Of a stretch of 64,000 bases of DNA, positions 61,237-64,000 are shown piece by piece (position 1 is the first letter of the stretch; each line of letters starts with the position of its first letter). A program made the position numbers and the translations under genes. The stretch is from positions 13,731 through 77,730 of the IMG/VR virus record IMGVR_UViG_3300022899_000001. The stretch is one strand, 5' to 3'. This DNA is from a virus (taxonomy: Duplodnaviria > Caudoviricetes). The notes under the pieces are model-generated. The model was given only the letters and a program-made list of their open reading frames with translations, was not told the DNA's origin and did no database searches.

Positions 61237-62174
61237 AAATCGAAAACAACATCGGCTGGTGCGACGAAACGACGAACGCTGTAACAGGCTGCGACAAGGT
61301 TTCGCCGGGGTGCAAGAATTGTTACGCCGAGGCCGGAACTCGCGCCCGCGTTCTGCGAGCTCAAGGCAAGGATACATGGGGATCAAAAGGCGAGCGTGTG
61401 CCGGTGAACTTCGAGCCGGTGTTTCGGAGGCTGAACAAATTGTGCGTGTGCGATAAGTGCCACACATCTACCGATTTTGTGAATATGGGAAACGGGTGTT
61501 CTCAGCCCGACCCACAGACAGGGTTTTGCGAAGGAGAACTCAGAAGAATCCGCCTTTTCGCAGATTCAAATTCGGATTGGCTCGACCCAAAGTGGCCGGT
61601 AGAAACGCTGGCGCGGTTTCTGGACGCGATCCGACTTGCTCCAAATGTGGACGTGTTGCTGCTGACGAAGCGGATTGAGAATTTCAGGACCAGGCTCAAA
61701 GAAGTTGCGGATTCATGCGAGGGACAGAAGCCCTCAGATGTTTGGAGTCTCCTGAGATTTGTTTGCGGGTGGCTCAACGGTGAAGCGCCGTCACATGTCT
61801 GGGGACTTGTCAGCGTAGAGGATCAGAAGCGGGCCGACGAGCGGATACCACAGTTACTTCAGACGCCATTCGCGGTGCGCGGTGTGAGCGTCGAGCCGTT
61901 GTTGGAAAAGGTGGACTTGAACACGAGCGAAAAGAGTGGCCCGATTGCGCCCGTGGATTGGGTCATCGTAGGCGGCGAGTCCGGCAAGAACCGGCGCGAT
62001 TGCGGAGTGGAGGCGATTGAATCGGTTGTCCAACAATGCGCGATGGCAGGAGTTCCGGTTTTCTGCAAGCAGGACAGCGCCTTTCTCAGTGGTCAAAAAG
62101 GGCGACTCAGCGACAACGCCTGGTCGTTCAAGGAGTTTCCCAACAAATGCCCCTTGACACCATTCCAGACTTGA
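61233..62174 (+). CDS. Phage Gp37/Gp68 (DUF5131) family protein
   Basis: IGWCDETTNAVTGCDKVSPGCKNCYAE...LLTKR...SVEPLLE...DWVIVGGESG...VPVFCKQ. Confidence 0.9.
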   Translation: MKIENNIGWCDETTNAVTGCDKVSPGCKNCYAEAGTRARVLRAQGKDTWGSKGERVPVNFEPVFRRLNKLCVCDKCHTSTDFVNMGNGCSQPDPQTGFCEGELRRIRLFADSNSDWLDPKWPVETLARFLDAIRLAPNVDVLLLTKRIENFRTRLKEVADSCEGQKPSDVWSLLRFVCGWLNGEAPSHVWGLVSVEDQKRADERIPQLLQTPFAVRGVSVEPLLEKVDLNTSEKSGPIAPVDWVIVGGESGKNRRDCGVEAIESVVQQCAMAGVPVFCKQDSAFLSGQKGRLSDNAWSFKEFPNKCPLTPFQT

Positions 62175-62303
62175 GGCAGAGTTGCGGCGTTCAATTTCCT
62201 TGACGGGAAAAGAGCATGACAACGAAACAATTTGATTCCAGTCCTGCAAAAGCCGAAAGGCTCTCGGCGCTAGTCGAGTTTCCCGTCAAGGTCTGGCATC
62301 GTT

Positions 62304-62337
62304 CCCGCCCGGTGTAAAAACCTGGCGGGTTTTTCTT
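62304..62337 (+). terminator. Rho-independent terminator-like hairpin
   Basis: CCCGCC-CGGTGTAAAAACCT-GGCGGG followed by TTTTTCTT. Confidence 0.55.
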
Positions 62338-62647
62338 TGCCCCATGAACCAGACCGTTGAAGCGGGCTAACTGCAACGCGGCGGACGTTCTGTTTGTGGT
62401 CGTAGCCGGGACAGTCAAACGACCAGCGTGGGTGCGAAAGGCTAGAGCGCGACTGGGTGTGGGCAACCTCCCGCAAATAGTCTGGCCAATCATGGAGCCG
62501 AGGTTTTAGCGGCACCCATGAGCCGAAGTGAAGCGAAGCGATAACCGCGCCGTAAACTTTGAGCGTTGGCACGGCTCCCTAGGGGGAGCTATGCCTCGCT
62601 CGCTCGCTCCTCCCGTCCGTAAGGGTTAAGAGGAGCCAAAGAAGAAG

Positions 62648-63019
62648 ATGAGGAACCAGATTGATGTACACTTTGATGGTGGTTGCAGGCCAACCAATCC
62701 AGGCAACAAGTACGGTTCATGGGAAGTCCTGCTTGATGGACAGCAGGTGTTCAAAGCGAGTCGGGTTGAGTTCGGTTGGGGCACATCCAACGAGAGTGAA
62801 TTCAACTCACTTATTCAAGCCCTGCAATGGACGGTCGAGAATCTTCACACTGCTGGATTTCCTCCTGAGATTTACACTGTAACGATCTTCACTGATTCAA
62901 TGATTGTGCGTAATATGGGGCATCTGACACGAGATTGCCTGTCGAGACTTACGTTATTCAAGTTGTGGTCTGTTGAATGGCGTGGCAGGAAAGAAAACGT
63001 TGAAAGATTCGGACACTGA
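62648..63019 (+). CDS. RNase HI-like protein (apparently shortened)
   Basis: VHFDGGC..TNPG..YGSW; TSNESEF..LI.AL; IFTDS. Confidence 0.75.
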   Translation: MRNQIDVHFDGGCRPTNPGNKYGSWEVLLDGQQVFKASRVEFGWGTSNESEFNSLIQALQWTVENLHTAGFPPEIYTVTIFTDSMIVRNMGHLTRDCLSRLTLFKLWSVEWRGRKENVERFGH

Positions 63020-63020
63020 T

Positions 63021-63368
63021 ATGAAGAAACGAGCCAAACCATTCGCAGCAAACCTAGCCAGCCGAAAGATGATGGAGGCAGAAGGCTGGACCTGCTCAGT
63101 CACCGAACAAACCATTCCTCACTGCTTCATAAAGCGGGACACGTACGGATTCGGGGACCTGCTGTGCTGTTCACCCTCCAAGGGCATAATGCTGGTACAG
63201 GCCACAGGAGGCGGCAACATGAGCCACAGGGCGGAAAAGATGCGCCTTGAGCCTCGTAGCGCGATCTGGCTGGCTTCTGGTGGCAGGATACAGATTCACG
63301 ACTGGGTGAAGCGGGCGGACAAGAAGGGGAGATTTTGCCGGATTCTGGAGATTACTTCCCAAAGTTGA
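63021..63368 (+). CDS. PD-(D/E)XK-type nuclease, putative Holliday junction resolvase
   Basis: EAEGW...VTE...RDTYGFGDLL...MLVQAT. Confidence 0.6.
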   Translation: MKKRAKPFAANLASRKMMEAEGWTCSVTEQTIPHCFIKRDTYGFGDLLCCSPSKGIMLVQATGGGNMSHRAEKMRLEPRSAIWLASGGRIQIHDWVKRADKKGRFCRILEITSQS

Positions 63369-63999
63369 ACGCCAGCGCGTAGGAGAACTGGCGGGAGAAC
63401 TGAGCCGGGGTTAGACGGTTGAAGCCACGCCAGCCTTGTCTTGGACCCCATGACCCTTGCACGCCATAGAATGGTTTGGCTGACACTTGATCGTAGGCGC
63501 ATAGGACCACTCCGTGACCCCCTATCCAGTCATCCCCTTCAGGAATCCAACCTTCAGCGTCTGCAAACTCCCATTGTTTCGTGATCTGGAATGCCGCCAG
63601 CAACACGCCGTTGCGGTGGAGCGCCTGCTTTACCTGGTCAGGTGTTGAGACTTCACGGATGGCGGCATTGTCGGCCCATGAGACTAGCCCTAGGTCCTGT
63701 GCGGCCTGCGTGACTGCTTCCAAGGTGGTGCCTTCGATGCCTTCCAGTCCGTCCAATTGCTTCGCCCTGGCATAAATCGGATGCGGGTCAATCTGCTGCG
63801 CTATCCCATACTGCCGCCAGTTGTAGTACTCCAAGCAGCCAGCCATTGCGTAGGCCGCACATTCCACGAGCACGCCCTGATCGTTTGATTCGAGCAGTTG
63901 CGCCCGAAGATCAATGTAGGCCGGGGTTACGTATTCGACAGGTGCAGCGGACAGCACCTTGCGACGAAGGCGGTTGGGATTGATTACGAGGCCAGTTGT
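63352..63999 (-). CDS. Papain-like (C1A) cysteine peptidase, 5' end off window
   Basis: YIDLR...NDQG..VECAAYA (Q, C); GGHGVVLCAYD (H); QGSWG..QGWRG. The frame is open to the window edge. Confidence 0.8.
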   Translation of the reverse strand, partial: TTGLVINPNRLRRKVLSAAPVEYVTPAYIDLRAQLLESNDQGVLVECAAYAMAGCLEYYNWRQYGIAQQIDPHPIYARAKQLDGLEGIEGTTLEAVTQAAQDLGLVSWADNAAIREVSTPDQVKQALHRNGVLLAAFQITKQWEFADAEGWIPEGDDWIGGHGVVLCAYDQVSAKPFYGVQGSWGPRQGWRGFNRLTPAQFSRQFSYALAFNFGK

Positions 64000-64000
64000 C

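Noticed and set aside
62343-62368. ATGAAC-CAGAC-CGTTGAAGCGGGC resembling an attC left arm
   Set aside because: No complementary right arm or GTT box downstream.
1-64000. tRNA, rRNA, CRISPR arrays, lysis cassette, intact integrase, diversity-generating retroelement
   Set aside because: None recognised by eye; no reverse transcriptase or template/variable repeat pair seen. A tRNAscan or HMM run would be needed to exclude weak cases.

Overview
The window is a large part of a tailed dsDNA phage genome with podovirus-like structural genes. A PVC-superphylum host (e.g. Verrucomicrobiota) is suggested by gene style only and is an inference. Layout: (i) 1-13560, minus-strand head/tail operon: portal, scaffold, major capsid, virion proteins, and a tailspike of at least 1403 aa that runs off the left edge and is absent from the ORF track. 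(ii) 13639-20605, divergent plus-strand operon: terminase large subunit, multi-domain virion protein, tail nozzle-like protein. (iii) 20619-33100, minus-strand accessory operon: DNA methyltransferases, a sugar C-methyltransferase/glycosyltransferase cluster and many small ORFs. (iv) 33154-45015, internal virion/ejection proteins including a 2841-aa polyvalent protein. (v) 45198-63368, replication, early and DNA-metabolism genes, then a papain-like protease entering from the right edge. Main finding: a phage-borne integron-like system at 26964-32828. It has ten complete attC-type sites with the two extrahelical bases and two attI-like sites. It also has a 56-aa integron-integrase remnant (HYSPRT...CHTLRH) below the ORF-track cutoff. 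Unlike classical integrons, the cassette genes run antisense to the attC top strand and overlap the attC sites. Each attC holds the next gene's start, most also hold the previous gene's stop, and the crossover AAC is read as an in-frame Asn, so shuffling would preserve reading frames and swap C-terminal tails. Three cassettes carry DNA methyltransferase-like genes. All family assignments were made by eye from motifs; no database search was run.
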